Positions 1 to 10,933 are shown, numbered from the stretch's first letter. The stretch is DNA of 64,000 bases from Leptolyngbyaceae cyanobacterium (GCA_965263355.1 CBDHHL010000056.1:2304001-2368000), one strand, 5' to 3'. The notes: generated by a model not told the origin, from the letters alone. Program-made: numbers and translations.

Positions 1-36
1 GCAAAGACCTTCGTTAATGGCGCAAGTCGTGCGTGC

Positions 37-1017
37 CTATTGCAATTTGATCCAGCCATGCTCAACCCAAGCAAGCCGTCCCCCTGGCAACGGATCGGTT
101 TGTGTTCGGTTGGGAGCATGGGCCAACGCCACCAGTTTCTCGATATGCTCAAAGTTGGGCTGCTGAGGTAAAGCAGCTTGTAGCAAACGGCGAATCACAC
201 GTCGCTGAAGGGCTAATGGAGCATTTGCAAACCGTGAGCGCTGAATCTGCCACCCCTGTTCCTTAACTTCAATCACCTCGGCATAGAGTTGATCGACTTG
301 GGCTTCTAAATAGACAACTTCGGCGGTAAAGATTTCAGCCGTTTGAGCGAGCGTAGTTTCAACATTTGGGTTGAAGTGCGATCGCAAATAAGGCATCAGT
401 TCCTGACGAATGCGGTTACGGCGATAGTATAGGCTGTCGTTAGAGCTATCTTGCCAAACAGGGAGTGCTAACGCCTGACAAAACGTCCCTGTGTCTTGCC
501 GTGTCAATTTCAGCAGGGGTCGAGTCACCCAAATCTTCGCAGGCTCATGCCTTAAGGGTCGTTGCCAGCTTAAGGCTTGGACACCATCGGCCCCACTACC
601 ACGCAACAAATTATAGAGCACTGTCTCCGCTCGGTCAGTGGCCGTATGGCCAGTCACCACATGATGATAGTCATTGTTACTGGCCAGGGTTGCAAATACT
701 CCATAGCGCCAATCCCGAGCTGCTGCCTCCGTCTTGGGTAACCCCTGAGCTGTTTCTACAAAACAAGGAATATTCCATTGCTGCGCTAGCCGCGACACAT
801 GGGCAGCATTCTCAGCAGAATCAGAGCGCCAGCCGTGGTCACAGTGAACCATGGCCAAATGCCAATCCCATTTTGATCGCAGATCTAATAGCAGTTTGGC
901 CAAACATAAAGAATCCTGCCCCCCAGACACAGCCATCAAAATAGATGAGCCTTTAGGAAGCAGGATATTTGTTTTTAGCAAGGTATGAATCCTAGCGTGA
1001 ATATGGGTCCAAGGCAT
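37..1017 (-). CDS. tilS: tRNA(Ile)-lysidine synthetase
   Basis: PP-loop SGGQDS, GHTATDRAET and RNRIRQEL motifs; ATG at 1017 chosen as start. Confidence 0.95.
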   Translation of the reverse strand: MPWTHIHARIHTLLKTNILLPKGSSILMAVSGGQDSLCLAKLLLDLRSKWDWHLAMVHCDHGWRSDSAENAAHVSRLAQQWNIPCFVETAQGLPKTEAAARDWRYGVFATLASNNDYHHVVTGHTATDRAETVLYNLLRGSGADGVQALSWQRPLRHEPAKIWVTRPLLKLTRQDTGTFCQALALPVWQDSSNDSLYYRRNRIRQELMPYLRSHFNPNVETTLAQTAEIFTAEVVYLEAQVDQLYAEVIEVKEQGWQIQRSRFANAPLALQRRVIRRLLQAALPQQPNFEHIEKLVALAHAPNRTQTDPLPGGRLAWVEHGWIKLQ

Positions 1018-1078
1018 GGGCAATGAGCAGTGAATAATAGCCAACCAAGAAACTCAATTTCCTACCCTGGACACCGCG

Positions 1079-3280
1079 CTAACCATCCAAGTCAGTTAGT
1101 TTATCGGCAACATCAGAAGCCTTATTGATACCTCGCTGACCAAGCTGACCAGCTTGGTCCTTAAGATTGCCAGCTTGTTGCTTAGCCTGATTAGCCATGT
1201 CGCTGGTCTTATCAGTGACAGAATCAGCAGTATTATTGACGTTATTGCGTACACGCTGCCAAAGAGACCTAGGCGCAGAAGTACTACCTTTTATAGCATT
1301 ACCAGCATCATCAGCCATCCCGCCAAGCTTACCAGTAACGGCATTGGCTCCACTTTGGACTGCATTACTAGCACTACCTAAACCACCTTTGAGGCCGCTG
1401 CCCCCCTGCTGAGCAGCTCCCTTAACAGTACCAAGACCGTCTTTAGCCGCGTCACCGACATTACCAAGACCATCTTTCACAGTGCCAAGACCGCCCCTAG
1501 CCGCATCACCGACATTACCAAGACCATCTTTCACAGTGCCAAGACCGCCCCTAGCCGCATCACCGACATTACCAAGGCCATCTTTCACAGTACCAAGACC
1601 GCCCCTAGCCGCATCACCGACATTACCAAGACCACCTTTCACAGTACCAAGACCGCCTTTAGCCGCATCACCGACATTACCAAGACCACCTTTCACAGTA
1701 CCAAGACCGCCCCTAGCCGCATCACCGACATTACCAAGACCACCTTTCACAGTGCCAAGACCGCCCCTAGCCGCATCGCTAACATTATCAAGGCCACCTT
1801 TAGCCGCATCACCTGTTTTTTTAGCAGCAGACCAGGCAGCACTACCACCAGCAGCAGTTCCTGCTGCGATACCAGCACCGGCTGCTTTCCCAACACCTGA
1901 CACACCACTAGCAACATTAGGCCCTTGAGCAGTGGCATAGGTTGCATCTTTGTCCTTACGACGAGCACCCCAGGCAACTAACCCCAAACAAGCTGCAGGA
2001 ACAATCAGCAGCCACCAGAGATTGGCACGGCTGATAGAAGACTGGGGACTAACGTCTCTCCCCTCTTGATTCGTTGCTGCTGCAACGTTACTAGCCGCAT
2101 CGCTTGCGGCGTCGGCAGCACCCTCGACCACATTACCGGCAGCGTCGGCAGCACCCTCGACCACATTACCGGCAGCGTCGGCAGCACCCTCGACTACATT
2201 ACCGGCAGCGTCGGCAGCACCTTCAACTACATTACCCGCAGCATCCGTTGCACCCTCGACTACATTACCTGCAACATCAACAGCACCTTCAACCACATTA
2301 CCGGCAGCATCCGTTGCACCCTCGACCACATTACCTGCAGCATCGGCAGCACCCTCGACTACATTACCCGCAGCATCGGCAGCACTCTGAACCGTATTAC
2401 TAGCGGCACTAACCACACCATCCAAGGGATTAGCAGCCTTCAACGCAGACTGCCCAGGCTCACCAGCGGCATAGCCTAAAAAGGCTGCTACGGCGGGAGA
2501 AGGCTCTCCTTTGTAGACAAAAGAAAAGGGCTGAGAGAAGGGATAACGAGGATCAGTAGGCAACGTTTTGTGCATCGACAAGATACGCACACCGGCCAGA
2601 TCCTCAACTTCACTAATCAGGCCATAGCTAATGCCATCGGCCCCTAATTCCTTGGCGATATCCTTAGTGCTATCGGTATTCAACTGTGAGGCACTACTCC
2701 CTGTAGCAAATTCAGCCGCCTGGAAAACAGGATAGGGTGCCAACGCCAGACGTGTATCACTAGTATCAGGGCGGTCTACCAGACGAATCGCTCCGCTAGG
2801 GCCCCCAACTTCCGACCAGTCAGTAATCTCACCCCGGAAAATCTTGGCAAATTGCTCGGTGGTTAAGCTCTTACTAAACGGATTATCCTCACCCACAATC
2901 ATCGCAATCTTAATGCGATTAACATCTACAGCAGACAGGCCCTGAGCCCGCTCATTTTCAGTTAGAGGCCGACTGATGGCAGCCAAGTCAGCATCACCAT
3001 TGATTAAAGCCTGAATAGCCTGATTCGCACCCACAGCATCCACATTCACTGCAGCACCATCAAACTTACCTTCAAAGTCGGCTTTAAGCGCATCACTGAT
3101 TAGAGTCATGGCATCGGAGCCACTACTGACTTGGAGACTCGTATCGCTAGGCACAGAGGTAGGCACTTCAAAGGCAGCGGGCAATGCCATCGTGGGACGA
3201 AAGAATGGCTGGCTAGGTACAATTACCGTCAGCAAAGCAACCGTAGCAGCCAAAGACAAAGTAGAGCAGGACTTAAGCAT
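1079..3280 (-). CDS. PstS-like (PBP superfamily) substrate-binding domain membrane protein with repeat arrays
   Basis: N-terminal signal; PBP-like domain (ADLAAISRPL, IFRGEITDWSEVGG); 11-aa repeats; TM segment LWWLLIVPAACLGLVAWG; Gly-rich 18-aa repeats. Confidence 0.75.
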   Translation of the reverse strand: MLKSCSTLSLAATVALLTVIVPSQPFFRPTMALPAAFEVPTSVPSDTSLQVSSGSDAMTLISDALKADFEGKFDGAAVNVDAVGANQAIQALINGDADLAAISRPLTENERAQGLSAVDVNRIKIAMIVGEDNPFSKSLTTEQFAKIFRGEITDWSEVGGPSGAIRLVDRPDTSDTRLALAPYPVFQAAEFATGSSASQLNTDSTKDIAKELGADGISYGLISEVEDLAGVRILSMHKTLPTDPRYPFSQPFSFVYKGEPSPAVAAFLGYAAGEPGQSALKAANPLDGVVSAASNTVQSAADAAGNVVEGAADAAGNVVEGATDAAGNVVEGAVDVAGNVVEGATDAAGNVVEGAADAAGNVVEGAADAAGNVVEGAADAAGNVVEGAADAASDAASNVAAATNQEGRDVSPQSSISRANLWWLLIVPAACLGLVAWGARRKDKDATYATAQGPNVASGVSGVGKAAGAGIAAGTAAGGSAAWSAAKKTGDAAKGGLDNVSDAARGGLGTVKGGLGNVGDAARGGLGTVKGGLGNVGDAAKGGLGTVKGGLGNVGDAARGGLGTVKDGLGNVGDAARGGLGTVKDGLGNVGDAARGGLGTVKDGLGNVGDAAKDGLGTVKGAAQQGGSGLKGGLGSASNAVQSGANAVTGKLGGMADDAGNAIKGSTSAPRSLWQRVRNNVNNTADSVTDKTSDMANQAKQQAGNLKDQAGQLGQRGINKASDVADKLTDLDG
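1421..1798 (-). repeat. 7 x 54-bp coding tandem repeat (GGLGNVGDAARGGLGTVK)
   Basis: visible in DNA and translation. Confidence 0.95.
2105..2383 (-). repeat. 8+ x 33-bp coding tandem repeat (AADAAGNVVEG)
   Basis: visible in DNA and translation. Confidence 0.95.
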
Positions 3281-3937
3281 ATTTAAAACCTCGTATCAAC
3301 AAAAGCCAATTCACTAGAAGCTAAACAGAATGTGTGTAAGAGCCTGACAAGCACGGCCTCAGAATTGAACGGTAATTTTACCGTTGCAGAAAAAGACAAA
3401 TCAACATGCTACGTTCGGAAAATCAAACAAATATCTAGTTAACTTGAGGCTTCAACTAGACATTTCGGATTTTTGCTTGAATACAGAGCGTATAAAGCTA
3501 TAAATCAACTAAATCAAGACTTAAGAATGTGTGCTTGGACAGATGTATCAAATTTAACAATAGGGCTGATTCAATGGTTCAATTCAGAACTTCAGTATTT
3601 TTTCGGGTTAAATACTGAAAAGTTCGTGTAAACGTCGCATGGGGATTAAGACATTTGTATTAAGCCACCTGGCCATGGCCGCTTATGACTCGTTAGCACC
3701 AACGGTGTTAAAACCTGGACCAAACCCCGGATGATAGTTACAATATGCGCTGATTCACGAGAGGGTAAACCTGTAGTGGTCTATGCTCCTCGTTGACCTT
3801 GTGCACATCCAAGTTGCCGCATAGAAGTTCCTCTACGGTAAAGCTACAGTTCTGGACGTGGACAAGGTGTATTGCATGATCAATGTTTTTTACCTGTAGC
3901 TAGGAGCATCCTAGAGACCCTCTTAGCCAACTTCAAC

Positions 3938-4921
3938 ATGGATAATGGCGCAGCCAACAAAACACCCAAGCACGAAGGTTTCGATAGCCAGCTAAATCCA
4001 GGCGAATCGAACGTTGAACAGCTCAATGCTGAAAACACATCCCCCCAGGATAGTCGTTCGGCGTTGGCTGCCCGCTTAAGGACCTCGAAAAATGTAGAAC
4101 TCTACGTTTATGAAGCAGAAACTAACGAGACTATTGAAGCCTTAACCGATGTATCCTCCCTTGACTTGGAGGTGGGAGAACCACAAGACGATATTTCTAA
4201 ACAGCAGATTACGTTCAAGAGTGAGCAAGGCAGACTACTATTGTTGCTGCCGACCGCTGCTGAAAAAAGTTTTACTCCCGTGGAATGGGAAGAGTTATGT
4301 CAACAGCTCAAGCGTCGTCTCATTGCTGAAGACAGATTTTTTCAAACTGATACGATCGTTCATCTAATTGTTCGGGATCGATTGCTCGATAATCGTCAGC
4401 TACAAGAAGTGGACGAGTTACTTCAGATGGCTCAGCTACGCCTGAAGCGAATTTATACCCAGCGTCGACAAACAGCCGTCGCTGCTGCAACAGCAGGCTA
4501 TTCGGTAGAGCAACAAACCAAATTAGAGCATCTAAATAATGACGATCGAGCACAAGGACAGGCGTTAGAAACGCCCATGTACTTGCAAATGACCGTACGC
4601 TCTGGTGTTGAGATTCGTCATCCGGGCACGATCGTCGTTCTTGGTGATGTGAACCCAGGGGGGGCGCTGATCGCGGCTGGGGATATTTTTGTGTGGGGGC
4701 GACTTCGGGGTGTGGCTCACGCAGGCTCAGAGGGCAATACAGCCTGTCGCATCATGGCATTACACATGCAACCTACTCAGCTCCGTATTGCTGACCATGT
4801 AGCTCGAGCACCCGAAAAACCACCGGCTTTATATCAACCAGAAGTTGCTTATGTAAACAAAGATAGTATTCGGATTGCGATCGCATCCGAATTTGCCCAG
4901 ATTCACCTCAACTCCCCTTGA
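3938..4921 (+). CDS. minC: septum site-determining protein MinC
   Basis: TVRSGVEIRHPG...GDVNPGG...WGRLRGVAHAG C-terminal domain; upstream of minD; start uncertain. Confidence 0.93.
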   Translation: MDNGAANKTPKHEGFDSQLNPGESNVEQLNAENTSPQDSRSALAARLRTSKNVELYVYEAETNETIEALTDVSSLDLEVGEPQDDISKQQITFKSEQGRLLLLLPTAAEKSFTPVEWEELCQQLKRRLIAEDRFFQTDTIVHLIVRDRLLDNRQLQEVDELLQMAQLRLKRIYTQRRQTAVAAATAGYSVEQQTKLEHLNNDDRAQGQALETPMYLQMTVRSGVEIRHPGTIVVLGDVNPGGALIAAGDIFVWGRLRGVAHAGSEGNTACRIMALHMQPTQLRIADHVARAPEKPPALYQPEVAYVNKDSIRIAIASEFAQIHLNSP

Positions 4922-5073
4922 ACTAAGGTTTCAATACGGGCTCAAGTCGTTCAATTCAACAAGGCGCAAAAATTCCTTTGAGAATTTCCCATAAAATTTG
5001 CCACAACGTGCGATTATTGCCCTACTTAAGCCCTACCTACCGCGAACACCGTCCTCAATCGCCCATTTAATCC

Positions 5074-5874
5074 ATGGCTATGAATCGTATTATTGTCATT
5101 ACCTCCGGCAAGGGAGGCGTTGGGAAAACCACCTGTACCGCCAACTTGGGAATGGCCCTAGCCAAGTCAGGGAAACGCGTCGTAGTGATTGACGCTGACT
5201 TTGGATTACGCAACTTAGATTTGCTCCTAGGTCTGGAAAATCGCATCGTCTATACAGCCCTAGATGTATTGGCAGGTGAGTGTCGTCTCGATCAAGCCCT
5301 GGTCAAGGATAAACGTCAGCCTAATTTAGCCCTGCTGCCTGCAGCTCAAAATCGCTCTAAGGAGTCAATTACCCCAGAGCAGATGAAAAAACTGGTACGA
5401 GCCCTGACCAAAGCTTATAACTTTGTATTAATCGATAGTCCTGCTGGAATTGAGATGGGTTTTCGCAATGCGATCTCAGCGGCGCGGGAGGCCATTATTG
5501 TCACCACACCGGAAATTTCTGCCGTCCGTGATGCTGACCGTGTAATTGGTCTGCTGGAAGCCAATGACATCAAGGCCATGCGACTGATTATCAATCGCCT
5601 CAAGCCCTCCATGGTAGAAGCTGAACAAATGATGTCGGTCAAAGACGTGCAAGATATTTTAGCGGTACCGCTCCTGGGCGTTATTCCTGATGATGAGCAG
5701 GTAGTGGTTTCTACCAACAATGGTGAGCCTCTAATTCTAGACAAAGAACTCTCTCTAGCGGGGACTGCCGTCTCCAACATCTCTCGTCGGCTACAAGGCG
5801 AAAAAGTCCCATTAATGGATTTGAGCGTACCAAAAGATAGCTTCTTTAAGAAACTACGCCAGCTATTTAACTAA
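5074..5874 (+). CDS. minD: septum site-determining protein MinD
   Basis: deviant Walker A SGKGGVGKTT, DFGLRNLD, C-terminal amphipathic FFKKLRQLF. Confidence 0.97.
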   Translation: MAMNRIIVITSGKGGVGKTTCTANLGMALAKSGKRVVVIDADFGLRNLDLLLGLENRIVYTALDVLAGECRLDQALVKDKRQPNLALLPAAQNRSKESITPEQMKKLVRALTKAYNFVLIDSPAGIEMGFRNAISAAREAIIVTTPEISAVRDADRVIGLLEANDIKAMRLIINRLKPSMVEAEQMMSVKDVQDILAVPLLGVIPDDEQVVVSTNNGEPLILDKELSLAGTAVSNISRRLQGEKVPLMDLSVPKDSFFKKLRQLFN

Positions 5875-5941
5875 CCTTTTAACCCCAACGGTCGATGGGT
5901 GGCGACCGTTGCTTATGCCCTTCGCCTTATCGGAAACGACT

Positions 5942-6331
5942 ATGATTAGCGACTTCCTCGAACGACTTTTTGGCTCCCGTGAACCGGTTAGCCGTGACAC
6001 AGCTAAGCAGCGACTAAGATTTGTTTTGGCCCATGATCGGTCTGACATCTCACCCCAAAACTTAGAAAAGCTGCGCCAAGAAATCTTGGAGGTGGTATCT
6101 CGCTATGTCGAACTTGACTTTGATAAGCTTGAATTTGCCCTCGAATCGGACCAACGTGTGACAGCCTTAATGGCCAATTTACCCATTCGACGTGTACGCT
6201 CTAATCCACTAGAGCCTGATAGTCCGGTAGAGACCATCAATCAACCTAACCTTGCACTGGAAGATACGGGTATCGATTTAGAGGAGGCCGTTGAAGAAGT
6301 CTCTGAAACGGCAGATATTCCTCTAGATTAG
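5942..6331 (+). CDS. minE: cell division topological specificity factor MinE
   Basis: AKQRLRFVLAHDR, EILEVVSRYV; acidic C-terminal extension. Confidence 0.93.
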   Translation: MISDFLERLFGSREPVSRDTAKQRLRFVLAHDRSDISPQNLEKLRQEILEVVSRYVELDFDKLEFALESDQRVTALMANLPIRRVRSNPLEPDSPVETINQPNLALEDTGIDLEEAVEEVSETADIPLD

Positions 6332-6334
6332 TAT

Positions 6335-6817
6335 TTACCGCCATTGTCGGTTGTATTCGTAGATTGCGATCGCCCCTGCCGTTTGCACATTGAGAGATTC
6401 CACTTGGCCATATTGGGGAATCGTCAAGAGCACATCACATTGAGTCTCAATATCGCTAGGGATACCAGTTAATTCTCTACCCAATACCAATAATGTCTTG
6501 GCTGCAAAGGAATACCCAACAAGGGACCGTGCTTGGCAATTAGCTGTTAGGGCGACGCGGGTATAGCTCAGTTTCTGAGTCAACCAAGCTTTTAGTCGCC
6601 AGGGGGGACAATAGTCGACTGCTTGCCATTGTTGGGCTGAAGCTGAGATTTTACGAAACTCCCAGGAATTATCCGACTCAGGCAAAATTAAGCGATTAAC
6701 TCCTAACACTTCACAGGTACGACACAAAGCTGCCTGATTAGTAATTTTTTCCACTAATGAGGCACAGACTACCAGGGAGGGCGCGCCATCTTTAGTCTCC
6801 GGGCACAAGCTCCACAT
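6335..6817 (-). CDS. TrmH/SpoU family RNA methyltransferase
   Basis: LVLGRELTGI and IPQYGQVESLNV SPOUT motifs. Confidence 0.85.
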   Translation of the reverse strand: MWSLCPETKDGAPSLVVCASLVEKITNQAALCRTCEVLGVNRLILPESDNSWEFRKISASAQQWQAVDYCPPWRLKAWLTQKLSYTRVALTANCQARSLVGYSFAAKTLLVLGRELTGIPSDIETQCDVLLTIPQYGQVESLNVQTAGAIAIYEYNRQWR

Positions 6818-7397
6818 TTAATTCATTCACCGGACGACGACGCAACACTGCCGACTCCTCGCGAGGCAACAGACCAAAGACTTCTCGAAAGACATCGTCT
6901 ACTGCTTCATAGCTAACAGCCCCCATTTGATCAAACCGAACATTGCCGTTGCTATCAAGCACTAACGTCTGCGGCACAGATCCTTTGAAATAGTAGCCCG
7001 GTTCACTGGGGGTAAAGGAATCCTTTAAGGGAATAGCGTCAGCCATCACTGGCACAAAGTTAGCAACTCTGCCATAGGGTGCCTGCAGTTGGGAAATAAC
7101 AAACGAATATTCTTTGCAATCTCGACTGTCATCCACATAGAAAAACAATAGGGTTGGTTTTGCTTGCCTTAGAGACTGGGCCAGATTAACTCGGGGCGGC
7201 ACAATCGCACCATTCCCTGCATAGAGGGCAAAAATATTGCCATCGTAGCTATCATCGTGGAGACTCGCCCAAGCGTGGCCAGGAAAGCAGAGTGTGGGGA
7301 TGAGGAATGTGGCGATCGCAACTCCAGTCACTAACCAACGCCGTATCGACAGACAATCAACCCATCTTTTCAAGCGCTCAATTGCAAAACTGCCCAT
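6792..7397 (-). CDS. thioredoxin-fold thylakoid protein (Slr1796-like photosystem I accumulation factor)
   Basis: DDSYDGNIFALYAGNG and FYVDDSRDCK conserved cyanobacterial motifs. Confidence 0.75.
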   Translation of the reverse strand: MGSFAIERLKRWVDCLSIRRWLVTGVAIATFLIPTLCFPGHAWASLHDDSYDGNIFALYAGNGAIVPPRVNLAQSLRQAKPTLLFFYVDDSRDCKEYSFVISQLQAPYGRVANFVPVMADAIPLKDSFTPSEPGYYFKGSVPQTLVLDSNGNVRFDQMGAVSYEAVDDVFREVFGLLPREESAVLRRRPVNELNVELVPGD

Positions 7398-7465
7398 AAA
7401 ATCCCGACTCTTAGAGTTACACCACTACCATTACGCCATAGAACGGGCTCTCCCTATAGATATTC

Positions 7466-8074
7466 TTAGCTTCCTCGAAAGCTCTCAATCACACCCTGTA
7501 ATTCAGCTTTAGCAGTTGCATACTCTTCAGCCGTAGTCCATGCAACTACTTGGTAGTAATTAGTCTTACCCTCAACCGTGGTGTGCAAATAAACAATCGG
7601 CAAATTATCGACCCTGCCTCGTACTTCATACTGCATAACCTTCAGACCATTGAGCGAGGTCATCGTAGTAGCTGTTTCAGTTTGCTCCTGAGTCAGCCCC
7701 CTATCCAAAAAACTCAAATACTGAACTGCATTGTTTCCCAAACTAAAAGCACCCACTTCAGACGTCTTTGGATCGGCGAGCACCAGTACATACATTGTCC
7801 TATCTTCGTGGGCGACATACAAATCTGCATCGGGACGTAGGGTCTGCACATCGACCCACCCTGCAGGTAGAGTCAGCTGCACATCGCTCTCTTCATTCGT
7901 CAATAGTTGTCGACCATTAGACAAATTTTGAACCGTGATGGCATTGATCACATCTTTAGTACGTTCACCCACTCGGTTACAGCTGGTTGCACCCAGTAAA
8001 CAACCAGCGGCAACCGCAATGAGTGCAGATCGTCGTAATAGGCCTGCAGTTGGTTGCTTAAACTTAAAATCCAT
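7466..8074 (-). CDS. hypothetical lipoprotein
   Basis: signal peptide with lipobox-like GATSC; 202-aa ORF. Confidence 0.6.
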   Translation of the reverse strand: MDFKFKQPTAGLLRRSALIAVAAGCLLGATSCNRVGERTKDVINAITVQNLSNGRQLLTNEESDVQLTLPAGWVDVQTLRPDADLYVAHEDRTMYVLVLADPKTSEVGAFSLGNNAVQYLSFLDRGLTQEQTETATTMTSLNGLKVMQYEVRGRVDNLPIVYLHTTVEGKTNYYQVVAWTTAEEYATAKAELQGVIESFRGS

Positions 8075-8285
8075 GATTATCCGCTTGACTCAAAACACCA
8101 GATACCAGTTAGCCAAAAGCATAGACCACATCTACGTACAAATTGCAAACTTTGACCATAAATTTGACCATGAAAACCATCAACCATTGTTCTACGTGGA
8201 ATTAAATTACGGCTTTCCCAGGCATTAAGGTTAGCGCTTTGACCTATGCTGGACTATGGAAATTTCTTCATAAAAATTAGAGACC

Positions 8286-9377
8286 ATGCTTAGAGCTGGA
8301 ATCGTCGGGCTCCCCAATGTAGGCAAATCAACCCTTTTCAATGCATTAGTCGAAAACGCCAAAGCCCAAGCAGCGAACTTCCCGTTCTGCACCATTGAAC
8401 CAAACGTCGGTGTCGTTGCCGTACCCGACGTTCGGTTGACCGTTCTGACGGAAATTTCCCAATCTGAAAATACAGTTCCGGCCCGCATTGAGTTTGTCGA
8501 CATCGCAGGTTTGGTCAAAGGGGCTAGCAAAGGGGAAGGCCTCGGCAATCAGTTTTTAGCGAATATTCGCGAAGTGGATGCCATTGTCCATGTTGTTCGT
8601 TGTTTTGAAAACGATGACATTATCCACGTGGATGGCTCCATTGACCCATTGAGGGACGCTGAAATTATTAACCTGGAATTGGCCTTGGCCGATCTCGAGC
8701 AAATCGAACGCCGCATGGATCGGGTACGTAAACAAGCACGCAAAGATCCTGACGCCCAAGCAGAACTAGCTGTCTTAGAGAAAATTCAACCCTTATTAGC
8801 GGATGGTAAATCAGCCCGCACTGTCCAACTCGAAGACGAGGAGGAATTACTGATCAAGTCCCTGGGGTTCCTCACCCGCAAACCCATTATCTATGCCGCC
8901 AATGTATCCGAAGATGAACTGGCTGATGGCAACGCCTGGGTTGAGCAAGTCAAAACCCTAGCAGCCCAAGAAAACGCCCAAGTAGTGACGATTTCGGCCC
9001 AGGTCGAGGCAGAACTGCTAGAACTCCCGGAAGACGAAAGGACCGATTTTCTAGAAGCTCTGGGGGTGACCGAAGGGGGCCTTAAATCCCTAATTCGGGC
9101 GACGTATGATCTGCTGGGATTGCGCACCTATTTCACCACTGGCCCCAAAGAAACCCGGGCCTGGACTATTACTGCAGGCATGTCTGCTCCCCAGGCAGCA
9201 GGGGTTATTCATACTGACTTTGAGCGGGGCTTTATCCGGGCTGAAACCATTGCCTATCAGGACTTAGTCGATCACGGTTCGATGAACGCCGCAAAAGAAA
9301 AGGGGTTACTTCGGAGTGAAGGCAAAGAATATACCGTTCAAGAGGGCGATGTCATGCTCTTTAGATTTAATGTTTAG
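8286..9377 (+). CDS. ychF: redox-regulated ATPase YchF
   Basis: GIVGLPNVGKST, ANFPFCTIEPN, DIAGLVKGAS, C-terminal TGS domain. Confidence 0.97.
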   Translation: MLRAGIVGLPNVGKSTLFNALVENAKAQAANFPFCTIEPNVGVVAVPDVRLTVLTEISQSENTVPARIEFVDIAGLVKGASKGEGLGNQFLANIREVDAIVHVVRCFENDDIIHVDGSIDPLRDAEIINLELALADLEQIERRMDRVRKQARKDPDAQAELAVLEKIQPLLADGKSARTVQLEDEEELLIKSLGFLTRKPIIYAANVSEDELADGNAWVEQVKTLAAQENAQVVTISAQVEAELLELPEDERTDFLEALGVTEGGLKSLIRATYDLLGLRTYFTTGPKETRAWTITAGMSAPQAAGVIHTDFERGFIRAETIAYQDLVDHGSMNAAKEKGLLRSEGKEYTVQEGDVMLFRFNV

Positions 9378-9383
9378 TCAACG

Positions 9384-9857
9384 ATGAATACGCAAAAGAT
9401 CCTCGCCTCAGGTCTACACCTGAAGCGACCATGCTTATTAGTCGCAGATTTAGAACGCTCCCTCAGCCTGTATCGAGATTGTCTAGGATTTCAGCTAGAC
9501 TATGTTGGCAAAGCTGACCCTGACTCTTATCTATATCCAGTCTTTCAGCTTCCGGCCACAGCAGAGCTACGATTTGCAGCTCTGAGTACAGCTCAAGAGC
9601 CACGGGCCTTAGCCCTGACTGAAGTTAAGGGCAGTACTCTACCACCTCCAATACCGCCTTACCGGGGGGCTACTGTTATTCGCGTGCCCACCTTAGTCAG
9701 GGTAGTATCAGAGTTGCGATCGCTAGGGTTAAGCCCCATCGAAGCCAGCTCTTTTTCCACACCTCCCAATTTGACATTTACAGAACAAGCTGTATGCGAC
9801 TTTGATGGTCACTTGATTGTGCTTTACGAAGTGCAACAACGCTATTCCAAAGCTTAA
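9384..9857 (+). CDS. VOC/glyoxalase family protein
   Basis: LVADLERSLSLYRDCLGF and DFDGHLIVLYE motifs. Confidence 0.75.
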   Translation: MNTQKILASGLHLKRPCLLVADLERSLSLYRDCLGFQLDYVGKADPDSYLYPVFQLPATAELRFAALSTAQEPRALALTEVKGSTLPPPIPPYRGATVIRVPTLVRVVSELRSLGLSPIEASSFSTPPNLTFTEQAVCDFDGHLIVLYEVQQRYSKA

Positions 9858-9956
9858 AGGTCACTTCCTTCGCTGCATTCCTCAGCTTGCCCCCAAAAAA
9901 TCTATTGATAGAGACTATCCATACACAGCAGATCCGATTAGAATCTGTCCAGCGCC

Positions 9957-10823
9957 TTGCATACTGGCTTAGATACTGTGGCTAATCGGTTTCTCAAAGC
10001 TCCGTTGACAATTCCCTCGTGGGCAATCCTATCGCTCCTGATGAACGCTGTCCTGTTCATCACGCTCCTGATCCTATGGCAGGAAAAACCTGGTGGTAAT
10101 GACCCCACCGTCATTCCACAAGCCAATGCAGCCTATGCCAACGATCCCAAGACCACCATTGATTCTGCATCAGTACCTCAGGTAACCACCCGACAACGCC
10201 TGAGCTACGAGCAGTGGGTCACCGTACTCGGTCAGGAAATCGCAACCATGGCCGAAAAGAACCCAGATCACCTCACTATTTTGCTAGGTGACTCACTGAG
10301 TTTATGGTTTCCAGCAGAGCTACTACCAGGTCGCCGGGTATGGATCAACCAGGGTATTTCAGGAGAAAAAACCTACACCCTCTTGAACAGACTCCATCTG
10401 CTTGATGTGGCCGAGGTAGACACAATTTTTTTAATGATCGGCATTAACGATTTAATCTGGGGCCAAAGTGACCAGCAAGTACTGGAAAGTTATCGCGACA
10501 TCATGGACTATCTGACTACCAAACATCCTAATACCCAGGTGGTAGTCCAATCGATCTTGCCCCACGGCGCAGAAACATCTACTTGGGAAAGCCGTCACCT
10601 ACTGCTCGAATTACCCAACGAACGAATTCGAACAATGAATCAATCCTTGCAGGATATCGCCAAGAATTACGATGCCCATTACCTAGAGCTCTATCCAATT
10701 TTTGCCAACGGCGAAGGCAACCTCAGACCCGATTTAACCACAGACGGGCTGCATCTAAATCGTCAAGGCTATTTGGTCTGGCGGGCTGCAATCTCACTTT
10801 ACAGCCAGCTAAAATTGCAATAG
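9957..10823 (+). CDS. GDSL/SGNH hydrolase, membrane anchored
   Basis: GDSL, NQGISG, GIND and DGLH blocks; N-terminal TM; start uncertain. Confidence 0.85.
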   Translation: MHTGLDTVANRFLKAPLTIPSWAILSLLMNAVLFITLLILWQEKPGGNDPTVIPQANAAYANDPKTTIDSASVPQVTTRQRLSYEQWVTVLGQEIATMAEKNPDHLTILLGDSLSLWFPAELLPGRRVWINQGISGEKTYTLLNRLHLLDVAEVDTIFLMIGINDLIWGQSDQQVLESYRDIMDYLTTKHPNTQVVVQSILPHGAETSTWESRHLLLELPNERIRTMNQSLQDIAKNYDAHYLELYPIFANGEGNLRPDLTTDGLHLNRQGYLVWRAAISLYSQLKLQ

Positions 10824-10933
10824 AGCAATTCATAATTTTTCAAGGCATGGCCTGCAATGTCCCTCTCCATTACCCATTGCCCATTCCCCCTTTTCGGTAG
10901 ACTAGACATATCTTCTGCCTCTTTGTAAAACCA

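Noticed and set aside
1154..2479. Plus-strand repetitive ORFs (PRPPLAASPTL, RRQHPRPHY)
   Set aside because: Antisense shadows of the repeats in the real minus-strand gene
3281..3937. Pho boxes upstream of the PstS-like gene
   Set aside because: No convincing 11-bp-spaced PyTTAAPyPy repeats seen
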